Origin: Promethearchaeota archaeon | GTDB taxonomy: Archaea; Asgardarchaeota; Lokiarchaeia; Sigyniarchaeales; SOKP01 | NCBI GenBank assembly: GCA_048938445.1 | Contig: JBHLME010000012.1 | Coordinates: forward strand, 1 to 52,107 | Reading direction: 5' to 3' | DNA length: 52,107 nucleotides | In this document: positions 9,919-20,420 of the stretch, in pieces | Numbering within the stretch: the stretch's first letter is position 1 | How the letters are laid out: every line of letters begins with the position of its first letter | Notes under the pieces: generated by a model | What the model saw: the letters and a program-made list of their open reading frames with translations, nothing else | Told to the model about the DNA's origin: nothing | The model's database searches: none | Program-made: the position numbers and the translations under genes

Positions 9919-10446
9919 TTGAATTGGATAACATTCTTCATCATTATCGGAGGATTTGTCTTTTTTGTAATTTTAATTTATTATATATATAAATTTGTAA
10001 GAAAATCAAAGAAAAAAATCACCATTTCAAGTTTTAAATGCATTGATGGACACGTAGTAAAATCTAAAGGAGAACTTATTATAGACAATTATCTACACAT
10101 TAATGGAATAAAACATGTTTATGAGAAAATTATTAAAGTAAATGGACATCCAATTAAATGTGATTGGTACTTGCCAGAAATTAAATTATATATTGAATAT
10201 TGGGGCTTTTTTGGAAAAGAGTACGAAGAGAGAAAAAAAGAGAAAATCAAGTTGTATAAAAAAGGAAGATTACATTTATTATCGATTGAAAACCACATGT
10301 TTAATGATATCTATCAAAATTTAAGAGAAAATTTAAAGGATTTTATCGATTTCAAAGAACCAAGTAATCAGTTAAAATATTGTCCTAATTGTGGTGTCAA
10401 TTTAGATGATAGATTCATAGAAAAATCGAATTCAATTAATATATAA
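9919..10446 (+). CDS. Membrane-anchored PD-(D/E)xK-like domain protein with C-terminal zinc ribbon
   Basis: N-terminal TM; GHVVKSKGELIIDNYL...CDWYL...YIEYWG core; C-terminal CPNCG. Confidence 0.6.
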   Translation: MNWITFFIIIGGFVFFVILIYYIYKFVRKSKKKITISSFKCIDGHVVKSKGELIIDNYLHINGIKHVYEKIIKVNGHPIKCDWYLPEIKLYIEYWGFFGKEYEERKKEKIKLYKKGRLHLLSIENHMFNDIYQNLRENLKDFIDFKEPSNQLKYCPNCGVNLDDRFIEKSNSINI

Positions 10447-10577
10447 TTTAAAACTCTATGTAAGATGAATATTGTTCAATCTCGAGCAATATTTAATTCT
10501 GTTATATAAATATCTAAATTCATTCTTTCTTTTATAAAAAACTCAGGCTTTTTATATTTTATTTTAAAGATGTATAC

Positions 10578-10877
10578 ATGTCATCATCAGATCAAAAATT
10601 ACTCTGTGAAATATTATTCCGAGATTTTAGAACAAATAAACTATTAAAAATAACAGGGAAAACCGATATTGATAAATTGATGTCACCAAAAAAGAAATTT
10701 GTCATATTAGAAAATAATTTATTTCAAAATCAACAATGGAAGAAAATTTCATGTAAAATACCAAAAGTGGATATAATAAGAATATGTGCATTCAAAGCTC
10801 AAGTCTTATTAAATTATGAAAAAGGAAATCTCATCATTGATCAAAACCAATTACAAGAAGTTAAAGGTATTAGTTAA
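10578..10877 (+). CDS. Hypothetical protein
   Basis: 99-aa ATG ORF, non-overlapping, preceded by TTTTATAT. Confidence 0.55.
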   Translation: MSSSDQKLLCEILFRDFRTNKLLKITGKTDIDKLMSPKKKFVILENNLFQNQQWKKISCKIPKVDIIRICAFKAQVLLNYEKGNLIIDQNQLQEVKGIS

Positions 10878-11538
10878 TATAAAAACTCAACTCTGGTAGT
10901 TCAATCGTTAGATTCATTAACTAGCAAGATTTAAAAATAGTACCCCCTAATAAATGGATCTTTTTATGGGGGTTTGGTCAACCTGGTTGTATTTTTGTCT
11001 TTTGTTTCTCCTTATCCTATTTCATTTAGCTCTTCTATCATTCTTTTGGTTGGGAGAATCACTTTATATCATGTTAAATCATAAAAATTAACACGACTAA
11101 AGTTATATTAATAATTTCATGCGAGATATTTAAATGAATATGGTAAAAAATTGCACTAGCATTTTCTCAAAAACCATTTCTTTTTATTAATTTTGTCTTA
11201 TTCTAAAATATTGAGGAAAATCAATTATATATTTAGTAATTGGATAATATTATTTCCAATAAAACTCCTTTAATTAATCTAATTAGATATAATAATAACA
11301 AATGGGAAATATATTTGATATTATCTCCAAAAGAGTCCCTATTCTTTATATTAACTATATTTTATTTATTAATAGTTTAAAGTGATTAGCCAGAGAGACA
11401 ATAAATTTTAACTAAATTTAAAAAAGAATTACTCTCTAGCATTTTTTTATTATGTTTTGACTATTAGATTAGATTATAGCTATTAAGAGATTAACAAGAA
11501 ATAAAATATATGTATACGAATAATTCTTTATTGATAAA

Positions 11539-12057
11539 ATGACCATAGATAAATGGATGACAGATGAAAGTGTAACAATAGAGAAGAAAAAGAGAGATGA
11601 GAAATTTAATTCACTTTCAATAGAAAAAAAAGAAGACTTGAAAAAAAAGCAAATCCGAAAATTATTGAAAAATAACTCGGAAATTAATAATGACACAGAT
11701 AAACGTGAAGATATTTTATGCCAAATCATTAAGTTTAAGGACTGGTTAAATAATAGGAATTATTTAAAGGGGGATATAGAAAAAATCGAAGTTTGGATAA
11801 AAAATTTAAATGAACTCATTATTTTAGAACAAAATCGAAAACAAACTATAGATATTTTTAAACGAAAGGAGCTATTCAAGGAGATCCCTCCAAATTTTCT
11901 AGATGAGAAGTTTAGAATGATAATAAATAAGAAAATAAATGCTAAATCGCTTAATAATTCAGATCGATATTATCTTAAAAAATTAAAGACCATGATACAA
12001 AAAAAATTAAAGGAAGCCCGATATTATGAGATTTTAAAAAAAATATTAGAAGACTAA
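11539..12057 (+). CDS. Hypothetical Lys-rich helical protein
   Basis: 172-aa ORF co-oriented with and 27 nt upstream of the next ORF. Confidence 0.7.
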   Translation: MTIDKWMTDESVTIEKKKRDEKFNSLSIEKKEDLKKKQIRKLLKNNSEINNDTDKREDILCQIIKFKDWLNNRNYLKGDIEKIEVWIKNLNELIILEQNRKQTIDIFKRKELFKEIPPNFLDEKFRMIINKKINAKSLNNSDRYYLKKLKTMIQKKLKEARYYEILKKILED

Positions 12058-12084
12058 TAATTCAAATTCTTTTTAATTAATCAC

Positions 12085-13194
12085 TTGTTATTATTATTTA
12101 TAATGTGGATTGTCTGTCCTATTGCTGGTGTGGGAAAAAGACTTCAACCTTTTACTTATTCAAAACCCAGGACATTCTTAAAAATTGCTGGAAGCAAAGT
12201 CATTGATCATATTTTAATAAAATTAAAGAAGACATTTCCTAAAGGAACTACAATTTGTTTCATTGTAGGTTATAAGAAGAGGCAGACAATGGATTATCTT
12301 ATAAAACATTATTCTGATTACTTCAATTTGGAGTTTAAGGTGCAAAAACCACGGGGATATGAAGCAGATACCCCCTATTTCTCTGGTTTAGGAGATGCCA
12401 TATTATTAGCAAAAGATCTTGTAAATAATGATGATTGTTTCATATTATTAAGTGACATGCTTCCAATGGAAGATTATTCATCAATTTTACTTAAATTCCA
12501 TCAAGGAGATTGTGATGGAGTTATTAATGTGAAAAAAGTTAAAAATCCAGAATATTATGGAGTAACCTTATTAGATGATAAAAAGGAATATATAACTCGG
12601 ATAATAGAGAAACCTAAAGAATATATTTCGCACTATGGTGTATGTGGTGCATATATCTTAAGTAAACTGGTAATGCCACGGCTAATCGACTTATTAGAAG
12701 AACAAAGTAAAATTGAACTTGACAATGGAGAAGAACATGAATTTACTCCCATTTTAGATCAATTAATTGATGAAGGCTATAAATTTTCGATAAATGAAAT
12801 GAAAGAAGAGATCTTAGATTTTGGAAGACCTGAAGGATTATTAGAAGGAAATCAATATTTACTTTCTGAAATGAGAGTTCAAGGTCCTCGTATCGAGGAA
12901 CTTATTCAATCTGGCAATATTGTTGATTCAAAAATTGTTTCTCCAGTATATATTGGTGAAAATGTAGAAATTAACAATTCCGTAATAGGGCCTAATGTAT
13001 CAATAGGAGATGATGTACACTTACATAAATGTGTCATTTCTGAGTCAGTCATCGGGGATGGGGCTCATTTAAATAAAATAATAACTTCAAATAGCATAAT
13101 TGGAGATTATTCCGTATTAGAAGATTTAATTAAAAAAGAAATTACTATTGGAGATTCATCCTATATAGCTACTTCTGATATGAGATCTTTTTAA
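12085..13194 (+). CDS. Sugar-phosphate nucleotidyltransferase with left-handed beta-helix C-terminus
   Basis: AGVGKRLQPFTYSKP, GLGDAI, IIEKP, DFGRPE, hexapeptide repeats; likely start ATG 12103. Confidence 0.9.
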   Translation: MLLLFIMWIVCPIAGVGKRLQPFTYSKPRTFLKIAGSKVIDHILIKLKKTFPKGTTICFIVGYKKRQTMDYLIKHYSDYFNLEFKVQKPRGYEADTPYFSGLGDAILLAKDLVNNDDCFILLSDMLPMEDYSSILLKFHQGDCDGVINVKKVKNPEYYGVTLLDDKKEYITRIIEKPKEYISHYGVCGAYILSKLVMPRLIDLLEEQSKIELDNGEEHEFTPILDQLIDEGYKFSINEMKEEILDFGRPEGLLEGNQYLLSEMRVQGPRIEELIQSGNIVDSKIVSPVYIGENVEINNSVIGPNVSIGDDVHLHKCVISESVIGDGAHLNKIITSNSIIGDYSVLEDLIKKEITIGDSSYIATSDMRSF

Positions 13195-13231
13195 AAATTA
13201 AGTATTAAAAAAGTAAATAAGAAAAGATGTT

Positions 13232-14662
13232 TTATTGAAAATTTGGTCTTTTTTCTTGCCAAGGCGCTATTTCTTCAAATGCTTTAGATATTTGAAGAAC
13301 TGTTTTCTCATCATATCTTTTACCAACGATTTGCATTCCTATTGGTAACCCTTCTTCCGACCAGCCACAAGGAATTGAAGCAGCAGGATGACCAGTTAGG
13401 TTAAAAGGATAAGTAAAAGAAATCCAACTTGTAGCTGATAACTCTCTACCCTTGACACTTGGGTATTTAGTTCCTGTGTCTAACCACTCTACTTTAAAAG
13501 CAGGAATTGGAGTGGTAGGTGTAATTAATATGTCATATTCTTTAAAATAATTGTACATTTGGTCATATAATTGTCCCTGTTGAGCTTTAGCATTTATTAT
13601 ATCAGATCCTTTATATGTTGAACCTGCCTTGATAATATTTCTAAGGTCAATACTCAGATCTTCTGGATGTTTTTCATATTCTTCTTGCATATCATGTGCA
13701 AAACCAGAAGTAATAATTTTAATCACTGTAGATTCAGGTCTTTTTAATTTTAATTTTACATTTTCTACAGACCAGTCAAATTGAGTGAATTTTTCAGCAT
13801 TATCAATCACAATTTTCTCGACCTCTTCATCCAAGGCTTTAAAAAAACCTAAAGTCATTGAATATCCAATCTTTATTTTTTTTGGTTTTTCTTTAAGAAT
13901 ATCAACGTAATCTATATCTCTATCAGGAAAAGAACTGCTGTCAGCAGGATGGAAACTTTTTACAACGTCGAGCATTAAAGCAGCATCCTTTACGCATCTT
14001 GCGATTGGACCATAATGTTCCATAGACTTAAAAGCATTTCCAATTTGGGGGTATATGGGGATTCTACCAAAATTAGGTTTTAAACCATATACTCCGCATA
14101 AACTACTTGGTACTCTAATTGAACCACCACCATCAGAACCTAAAGAAATTGGACCTAAACCACTAGCTACTGCTGAAGCAGATCCTCCACTTGAACCTCC
14201 CGAATTCCGATCTAAATTCCATGGATTTTTTGTTTCACCAAATATTTTATTGTTTGTCAGAGCAATATGTCCAAATTCTGAAGTGTTTACTTTACCAAGC
14301 ATTACACAACCAGCCTCTTTTAATCTTTGAACAGCAATATCATCTACTTCAGGGATGAAATTTTCATGAAATTTAGAACCAAATGTTGTCTTGATACCCT
14401 TAGTCATCATCAGATCTTTAATACTTAGGGGAATACCATTTAATAATCCTAGTTTTTCTCTGTTTTTCACGGCATCATCTGCTTTTAGAGCCATTTCTCT
14501 TGCTAAATCGAAAGTAGTTGTACAATAAGCATTTACAAAGGGATTTATTTTTTCTATTCGCTCAATAATAGTTTCCGTAATTTCAAGTGAACTCAATTCT
14601 TGCGTCTTTATCTTCTCTCTCATGTCACATGCTGACATATAGCATATATCTTCTTTATTCAT
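13232..14662 (-). CDS. Amidase signature family protein
   Basis: IKDL (catalytic K), GGSSGGSA, GSDGGGSIRVP. Confidence 0.93.
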   Translation of the reverse strand: MNKEDICYMSACDMREKIKTQELSSLEITETIIERIEKINPFVNAYCTTTFDLAREMALKADDAVKNREKLGLLNGIPLSIKDLMMTKGIKTTFGSKFHENFIPEVDDIAVQRLKEAGCVMLGKVNTSEFGHIALTNNKIFGETKNPWNLDRNSGGSSGGSASAVASGLGPISLGSDGGGSIRVPSSLCGVYGLKPNFGRIPIYPQIGNAFKSMEHYGPIARCVKDAALMLDVVKSFHPADSSSFPDRDIDYVDILKEKPKKIKIGYSMTLGFFKALDEEVEKIVIDNAEKFTQFDWSVENVKLKLKRPESTVIKIITSGFAHDMQEEYEKHPEDLSIDLRNIIKAGSTYKGSDIINAKAQQGQLYDQMYNYFKEYDILITPTTPIPAFKVEWLDTGTKYPSVKGRELSATSWISFTYPFNLTGHPAASIPCGWSEEGLPIGMQIVGKRYDEKTVLQISKAFEEIAPWQEKRPNFQ

Positions 14663-14838
14663 ACTATTTTCAACTTTATTATTATAAACAATATATTAGA
14701 CGTATCTCTATAAATAACTTACATCAATGTTGGAATTCAATAGCATTAATGTTGAAAATTTGACACTGTTTCCAAAATAAAAACAAGGTTATATATTTTA
14801 ACATGGTCTATTATAAAGTATCAAAATCATAAAATTTA

Positions 14839-16512
14839 ATGTTAAGAATTTCAATGGCAGATCTCACTCTTAAAAAACTGGATAAATTTTCTGGTAGAGA
14901 AGGTCCTCTCGTTTTAATCATAATGGATGGAATTGGCTTAGGGGAAAAAGATGATAAAAATGCGTTTTATTTAGCAAAGACTCCTTTTTTAGATAAAATT
15001 CAATCTGAATGGCCTAAGAAAAAGTTATATGTAGAATTAAAAGCTCATGGAACGGCTGTTGGATTACCTAGTGATGATGAAATGGGTAATTCAGAAGTTG
15101 GCCATAATGCCATTGGCGCTGGTAATGTTGTTAAACAAAGAGCAGTTTTAGCAAAAGAAGCAATTGAATCAAAAACATTATTTAAGACTCAAAAATGGAA
15201 TGATCTTGTTAGTCCTATAATTAAAAAGAAAAAATCACTCCATCTTATCGGTCTTTTATCCGATGGATATGTCCATAGCCATATTTCACATTTAATTGGA
15301 TTATTACGTGGTGCAAGAGATTCTGGGATTGAAAAAGTGCGCATCCATACTTTATTTGATGGAAGAGATGTCCCTCCAAAATCAGCACTGAAATATGTTG
15401 ACGAATTAGAGAGAGAATTGGAAGAAATCAATAATGCTCAGAATTTTGATTATCGAATTGCATCTGGTGGTGGTAGAATGAGGGTCACGATGGATAGATA
15501 TAATTCAGATTGGGGTGTTGTGCAAAGAGGTTGGGAAGCTCATGTTTGTGGATTTCCCGAAATTTTTCCTAATTATGAAGGTTATTTCACATCTACTAGA
15601 GAAGCTGTCAAACGGGCACGAAGCACTGATTCTAATCTCACTGATCAATACTTACCTTCTTTCGTGATTGTAGATAAACACAAACAAGCAATTGGTGTAA
15701 TGGAAAATGGAGATGGGGTTCTATTCTTTAATTACAGGGGAGATAGGGCAATTCAAATTTCAAGAGCATTTGATGAAACTGAAGAATTCAATGAATTTCT
15801 AAAAATATGTGAACCCCAAGTAGTCTATTATGGACTTCTCCAATATGATGAGAAAGAACACATACCAAAAAATTATTTAATTGATCCTCCTAAAATGAAA
15901 ACGTCTTTAACACGATATTTATGTGCAGAACACGTGAAGCAATTTGCTACTGCAGAAACACATAAATATGGACACGTGACCTATTTTTATAATGGAAATA
16001 AGGAAGGGTATGTTGATGAAAATTATGAAAAATACATTGAAGTCAAGTCTTATCCCTCAGAAACCATTAAAACCAATCCAAAAATGAAAGCTTATGAAGT
16101 GAGAAATGTATTAGTAAAAGCGATTAATTCTAATGAATATAAATACTTACGGGTTAATTTTGCCAATGGTGACATGGTTGGTCATACGGGAGATGTGAAT
16201 GCTGCAATAATAGCAGCAGAAACTGTCGATGAATGTGTAAAGGATGTGGTTGAAGTAGTCAATAGCAAAAACGGTATCACGATTATAACAGCAGACCATG
16301 GAAACCTTGAAGAAATGAAAGGTAAATTTGAGACTGCTCATACTTTAAATCCCGTGATGTTTTCCATCATAGACTCAGGTTATAATAATGAATATATGAT
16401 AAATGAGAGCATTGATACTCCTGATCTAGGAAATATAGCAGCAACAATATTGAACTTATTAGGTTATGAAAAACCTGATACCTTTAAAGAGTCAATGATT
16501 AAATTTGTATAA
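14839..16512 (+). CDS. gpmI: 2,3-bisphosphoglycerate-independent phosphoglycerate mutase
   Basis: MGNSEVGH, DGRD, ETHKYGHVTYF, NFANGDMVGHTG, TADHGN. Confidence 0.96.
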   Translation: MLRISMADLTLKKLDKFSGREGPLVLIIMDGIGLGEKDDKNAFYLAKTPFLDKIQSEWPKKKLYVELKAHGTAVGLPSDDEMGNSEVGHNAIGAGNVVKQRAVLAKEAIESKTLFKTQKWNDLVSPIIKKKKSLHLIGLLSDGYVHSHISHLIGLLRGARDSGIEKVRIHTLFDGRDVPPKSALKYVDELERELEEINNAQNFDYRIASGGGRMRVTMDRYNSDWGVVQRGWEAHVCGFPEIFPNYEGYFTSTREAVKRARSTDSNLTDQYLPSFVIVDKHKQAIGVMENGDGVLFFNYRGDRAIQISRAFDETEEFNEFLKICEPQVVYYGLLQYDEKEHIPKNYLIDPPKMKTSLTRYLCAEHVKQFATAETHKYGHVTYFYNGNKEGYVDENYEKYIEVKSYPSETIKTNPKMKAYEVRNVLVKAINSNEYKYLRVNFANGDMVGHTGDVNAAIIAAETVDECVKDVVEVVNSKNGITIITADHGNLEEMKGKFETAHTLNPVMFSIIDSGYNNEYMINESIDTPDLGNIAATILNLLGYEKPDTFKESMIKFV

Positions 16513-16553
16513 ATTAAATCTTATTATCTTGAATATATTTAAAGTTAGGGTGG

Positions 16554-17027
16554 ATGTATATGAGTGAATTTAATAAAGAAATGAGTAATGAAGAAAAAAT
16601 TTTACATTATCATAAATTAGAGAATGCATATTACTCTTCTCCAAATAATGTCTTTTTTGATCCAATACTAAAAATTTCAGAGGGTCGTGCTGAAGTAAGA
16701 ATTAATATTTTAGAGAAACATTATCATTTTTTCGGAGCCGCACATGGATTCTTATATTTTAAAGCACTTGATGATGCTTCATTTTACAGTGCAAACTCAT
16801 TAGAATTTCAAAATATTTTATTAACTTCAAATTTAAATGTTTATCTCACGAGGCCAATTAAATCTGGTGAAATGAAAGCTGTAGGGAAAGTAGTAAATAG
16901 GACTAAAAGCACTTTTTTAGCAGAAGCTCTACTCTATGATTCAAAAAATCAGATAATTGGAAAGGGAATAGGATCATTTGTCAAATCTCAAAAAAAATTA
17001 TCTGATACAAATTACTATAAGATTTAA
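16554..17027 (+). CDS. PaaI family thioesterase (hot-dog fold)
   Basis: GAAHG...KALDDA motif, LTRP, size 157 aa. Confidence 0.85.
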   Translation: MYMSEFNKEMSNEEKILHYHKLENAYYSSPNNVFFDPILKISEGRAEVRINILEKHYHFFGAAHGFLYFKALDDASFYSANSLEFQNILLTSNLNVYLTRPIKSGEMKAVGKVVNRTKSTFLAEALLYDSKNQIIGKGIGSFVKSQKKLSDTNYYKI

Positions 17028-17125
17028 TAAATCATTTTTATCCATTTTCAATCAAACATTAATATTCTTTATAAAAAGTTCTATTAGTTATATAACGTTA
17101 ATAAATAAAAAATATAAATTTCATA

Positions 17126-17339
17126 GATTTTTTACAAAAATGTAAAGGCTTTTATATTAAGAAAAAACAAAATAATTCATCCAATTTGGTCATTGTTCTG
17201 ATATAGGCATTTTTAATATAAAAAAGATTATATTCTTTGATTTTTGACAAAAATGTCAAAGCTTATATATTAAGTTACAATAATATAGTTCATTCATATT
17301 TGGTCATTGATCCGATAATTGTATTTTTAATATAAAAAA
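17126..17339 (+). promoter_or_regulatory. Tandem duplicated (~113 bp period) promoter module, each copy with a palindrome just upstream of a TATA box
   Basis: Copy 1 (17126-17225): TTTACA-AAAA-TGTAAA then TTTTATAT. Copy 2 (17239-17339): TTTGACA-AAAA-TGTCAAA then TTATATAT. Both continue ATTTGGTCATTG...TTTTTAATATAAAAA. Confidence 0.7.
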
Positions 17340-17465
17340 TCACTGAAAGATCAGTCAAAATCAATAATTAATTTTAGATCAAATTATGGATAAAAAAATT
17401 TCACAAAAACTGAATAAAAGTATAATCAATTAAAAGAAAATAATCAAAAATTTGGTGAATGAAAT

Positions 17466-20210
17466 ATGAAAAGAAAAACTATGTCAATAATATTATCTTT
17501 AACGTTAGTAATGGTCTCATTTATGATAGCAACGACGAATGTGAGCCTGGTTTCACCATCAGAACAAATTATTATATTAGTACCACCGATTGTAAGTTCG
17601 GTCACTGAGGAGCAAATTGAACAGGCAATAGAAGAGGGAATAGCTTGGCTTGCTGATAATCAAGAAATTGATGGAAGTTGGCCTGCATTTCCTCCAGAAT
17701 ACCAAGATGATGTAGCAACAACAGGTCTTGCTGTTTTAAAACTTGAAACCTATGCATATGAAGCAGGTTATGAATCACCATTTGATCCTGCCTATCCATA
17801 TTATGAGAATGTCACTGCTGGTTTAGATTATCTATTTGGATCATCAGTGATGCTTACGGAGATTTTATCATTACAGGATCATACAGCTGGTGCTACAGGA
17901 ACAATTGATGACCCAGATGTTAGAAATAATGATATTGGTGTATATACACATATTTCTTATTATCCCTTTGACGTCTATGACACAGGGATAGTATTAGCAG
18001 CGATATCAGCTAGTGGAACACCTGATAGAACGGTGAATGTACCTGGGAGTAATGTCAATGGATGGAAATATAGCGAAATAGCACAAGATATGGTTGATTG
18101 GATATCATATGCTCAGGTAGATCTAGGAGTAGGACAAGGCGGATGGGAATATAAAGCTACAAACAACGGTGCAGGTATATACCCTTTAGATCCCAATGCA
18201 AAATCATGGTATGGTCCAGATAACTCCAACTCAGGATATGCAGTGTTAGGACTTGCTTATGCTCAAGACTTTGGATGCATGGTTCCACAGTGGGTGAAAA
18301 TAGAACTTAATTCATATATCAACAATATTCAAGATCCCGTTAATGGAGAACCCAATGATGGTGGATCATGGTATACCGCTTATAGTACAGCAATCGGGAC
18401 AAATATCTTGAAAACGGGAAACCTTATCTTTGAAATGGCACTTGTTGGAGATATTCCAACAACACCAAGAGTTGTTGATGCTTTAAACTATCTTGTAAAT
18501 CATTGGGGTGATGCTAGCGGAATTAATTCGCCAGCCGGATGGGATGGAAACCCTGCACAATATCAAACAATGTTCTGTGCGATGAAAGGTCTTGAATACA
18601 TAGGAATTGATACCTTTGATGGCATAGATTGGTATCAAGATTTTGCTGAAAAAATTGTTAATCAACAAAACCTTGATGGGTCATGGTCGGCATCATCAGG
18701 ACGTGGCAATCCTACGATAATCACAGCCTGGGCACTACTTGTCCTTGAAAAAGCTGCTCCTCCTCCACCAGAAGAAGTCCTTCCACCTACAGTTACAAAG
18801 ACTGTTAGCCCAGAAGATATTGTTATTGGAACTGGAGAGAAAGCAACTGTTACTCTTGAAGTAACCGGTGCTGGGGGTACTTCTACAACAATTACACCTA
18901 TGGATATTATATTTGCTATAGACAGCTCTGGAAGTATGGACTGGAATGATCCGAGTAATCTCCGATTGACAGCAGCGAAAAATTTCGTTGATAAAATGAA
19001 TAATACACGAGATCAAGCAGGAGTAGTAAGCTGGGACAGTAATATAGATTTTACTTTTGGCCTTTCTAATGATTTTGATGATATAGATGGTGTAAAATAC
19101 TGGATTGATGAAGTTGATGCTGATGGAGGGACTAACCTTGACATTGGTCTCAATGAGTCAATAGACATGCTTGATGACAATAGCCGTGTTGGTCCGTCCA
19201 AGGAAGTAATAATATTCCTTACCGACGGAATCGGAGCTTATACACCTTCAGGTACTACAGGATCACCTGCTGACGCTGCCGCGGACAAGGGCTACATAAT
19301 CTATTCTATAGGACTAGGTGATGATCCAATTGAAGAAAATTTAGAGGATATGGCAGACGCGACAGGAGGAACATATTATCCCTCTCCTAGTGCAGAAAAC
19401 CTTGATGAAATTTACGATGCAATATATGAAGAAATAGTTACAAGCACCATACCACATTATGTCAATGTTACTGAAGTTACAGAGAGTTATATCGTTGTTG
19501 ATGAAACTAGCTTTAACATTTTTCCAGACAGTATTACCCATAACCCTGATGGAACCACAACTATGTTTTGGGAAAATATCGGCACGTATGCTGATGGTGA
19601 TCCTGATTTAGATGCCGGTGAAATCGTGACTCTAACTTTTGGTATAAAATCCAGAATATGCGGAGATGATTTAGAAGTTGATGTTGATGGAGAAGCAATA
19701 GTTGAATACGGCGATAAAGACGGGAATTATATCGGATATGTTGAAATTCCACAAGCTACAATCAATGTTCTTCCATTTATCACAGATTTAATAGCAGGGG
19801 GTGGAAATCCTCAAAGTGCCATTGATGTTGGTGATGTTATCATTTGGAATGACGAGGATTTTCTCTATATCACATATGAAACGAGCGATGATTGGTTTAT
19901 GACTGAGACACATTTACATGTGGCTGACTCTTTAGAGGATATTCCTCAAACTAAGAAGGGTAACCCCATCCCTGGACATTTTGACTACATAGATTATCAT
20001 AATCCAGCTGTACAGGTATATACCTACAATATTTCATGGACTTGGGATCCAGGAACAACATTATACATTGCAGCTCACGCGGTAGTGCGGAAAATCATCG
20101 GTTATGATGAATATTGCAATCCTATATACCAAATTGAAACCGCTTGGGGAGATGGTATAGATTTCGATGGCAAAAACTGGGCAACATACATAGTATATGA
20201 AGATCCTTAA
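17466..20210 (+). CDS. Secreted protein: alpha/alpha-barrel (prenyltransferase/squalene-oxidase-like repeats) plus vWA domain plus beta-rich C-terminus
   Basis: Signal peptide; QEIDGSW and QNLDGSW QW-like repeats; MIDAS DSSGS...GGT...FLTDG; Pro-rich linker APPPPEEV. Confidence 0.85.
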   Translation: MKRKTMSIILSLTLVMVSFMIATTNVSLVSPSEQIIILVPPIVSSVTEEQIEQAIEEGIAWLADNQEIDGSWPAFPPEYQDDVATTGLAVLKLETYAYEAGYESPFDPAYPYYENVTAGLDYLFGSSVMLTEILSLQDHTAGATGTIDDPDVRNNDIGVYTHISYYPFDVYDTGIVLAAISASGTPDRTVNVPGSNVNGWKYSEIAQDMVDWISYAQVDLGVGQGGWEYKATNNGAGIYPLDPNAKSWYGPDNSNSGYAVLGLAYAQDFGCMVPQWVKIELNSYINNIQDPVNGEPNDGGSWYTAYSTAIGTNILKTGNLIFEMALVGDIPTTPRVVDALNYLVNHWGDASGINSPAGWDGNPAQYQTMFCAMKGLEYIGIDTFDGIDWYQDFAEKIVNQQNLDGSWSASSGRGNPTIITAWALLVLEKAAPPPPEEVLPPTVTKTVSPEDIVIGTGEKATVTLEVTGAGGTSTTITPMDIIFAIDSSGSMDWNDPSNLRLTAAKNFVDKMNNTRDQAGVVSWDSNIDFTFGLSNDFDDIDGVKYWIDEVDADGGTNLDIGLNESIDMLDDNSRVGPSKEVIIFLTDGIGAYTPSGTTGSPADAAADKGYIIYSIGLGDDPIEENLEDMADATGGTYYPSPSAENLDEIYDAIYEEIVTSTIPHYVNVTEVTESYIVVDETSFNIFPDSITHNPDGTTTMFWENIGTYADGDPDLDAGEIVTLTFGIKSRICGDDLEVDVDGEAIVEYGDKDGNYIGYVEIPQATINVLPFITDLIAGGGNPQSAIDVGDVIIWNDEDFLYITYETSDDWFMTETHLHVADSLEDIPQTKKGNPIPGHFDYIDYHNPAVQVYTYNISWTWDPGTTLYIAAHAVVRKIIGYDEYCNPIYQIETAWGDGIDFDGKNWATYIVYEDP

Positions 20211-20240
20211 AGAAAGGACTAATTGACCTAAAAAACAACA

Positions 20241-20279
20241 AGGATAATAGCTCAAATTATCCTACAATTTCTTTTTTTT
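20241..20279 (+). terminator. Hairpin plus T-tract downstream of the vWA gene
   Basis: AGGATAAT-agctcaa-ATTATCCT followed by TTTCTTTTTTTT. Confidence 0.5.
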
Positions 20280-20420
20280 ATTTTAAGCATTAGATTTAAT
20301 ATAATTTTATGATTTAATTCAAAGTAGTATTAGAGCAAGATATATCCCAAAAGAGTTTACCTTAAGATTGAAGATGAAGTATGTAAAAAATGGAATGATA
20401 GGAAAGTTGATTCGCTTATG

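Noticed and set aside
13232-14662. gatA call for the amidase
   Set aside because: No gatB/gatC neighbours; the sequence looks like a general amidase-signature enzyme
17466-18760. Squalene/oxidosqualene cyclase
   Set aside because: Has a signal peptide, a single barrel and no DxDD/DCTAE motif
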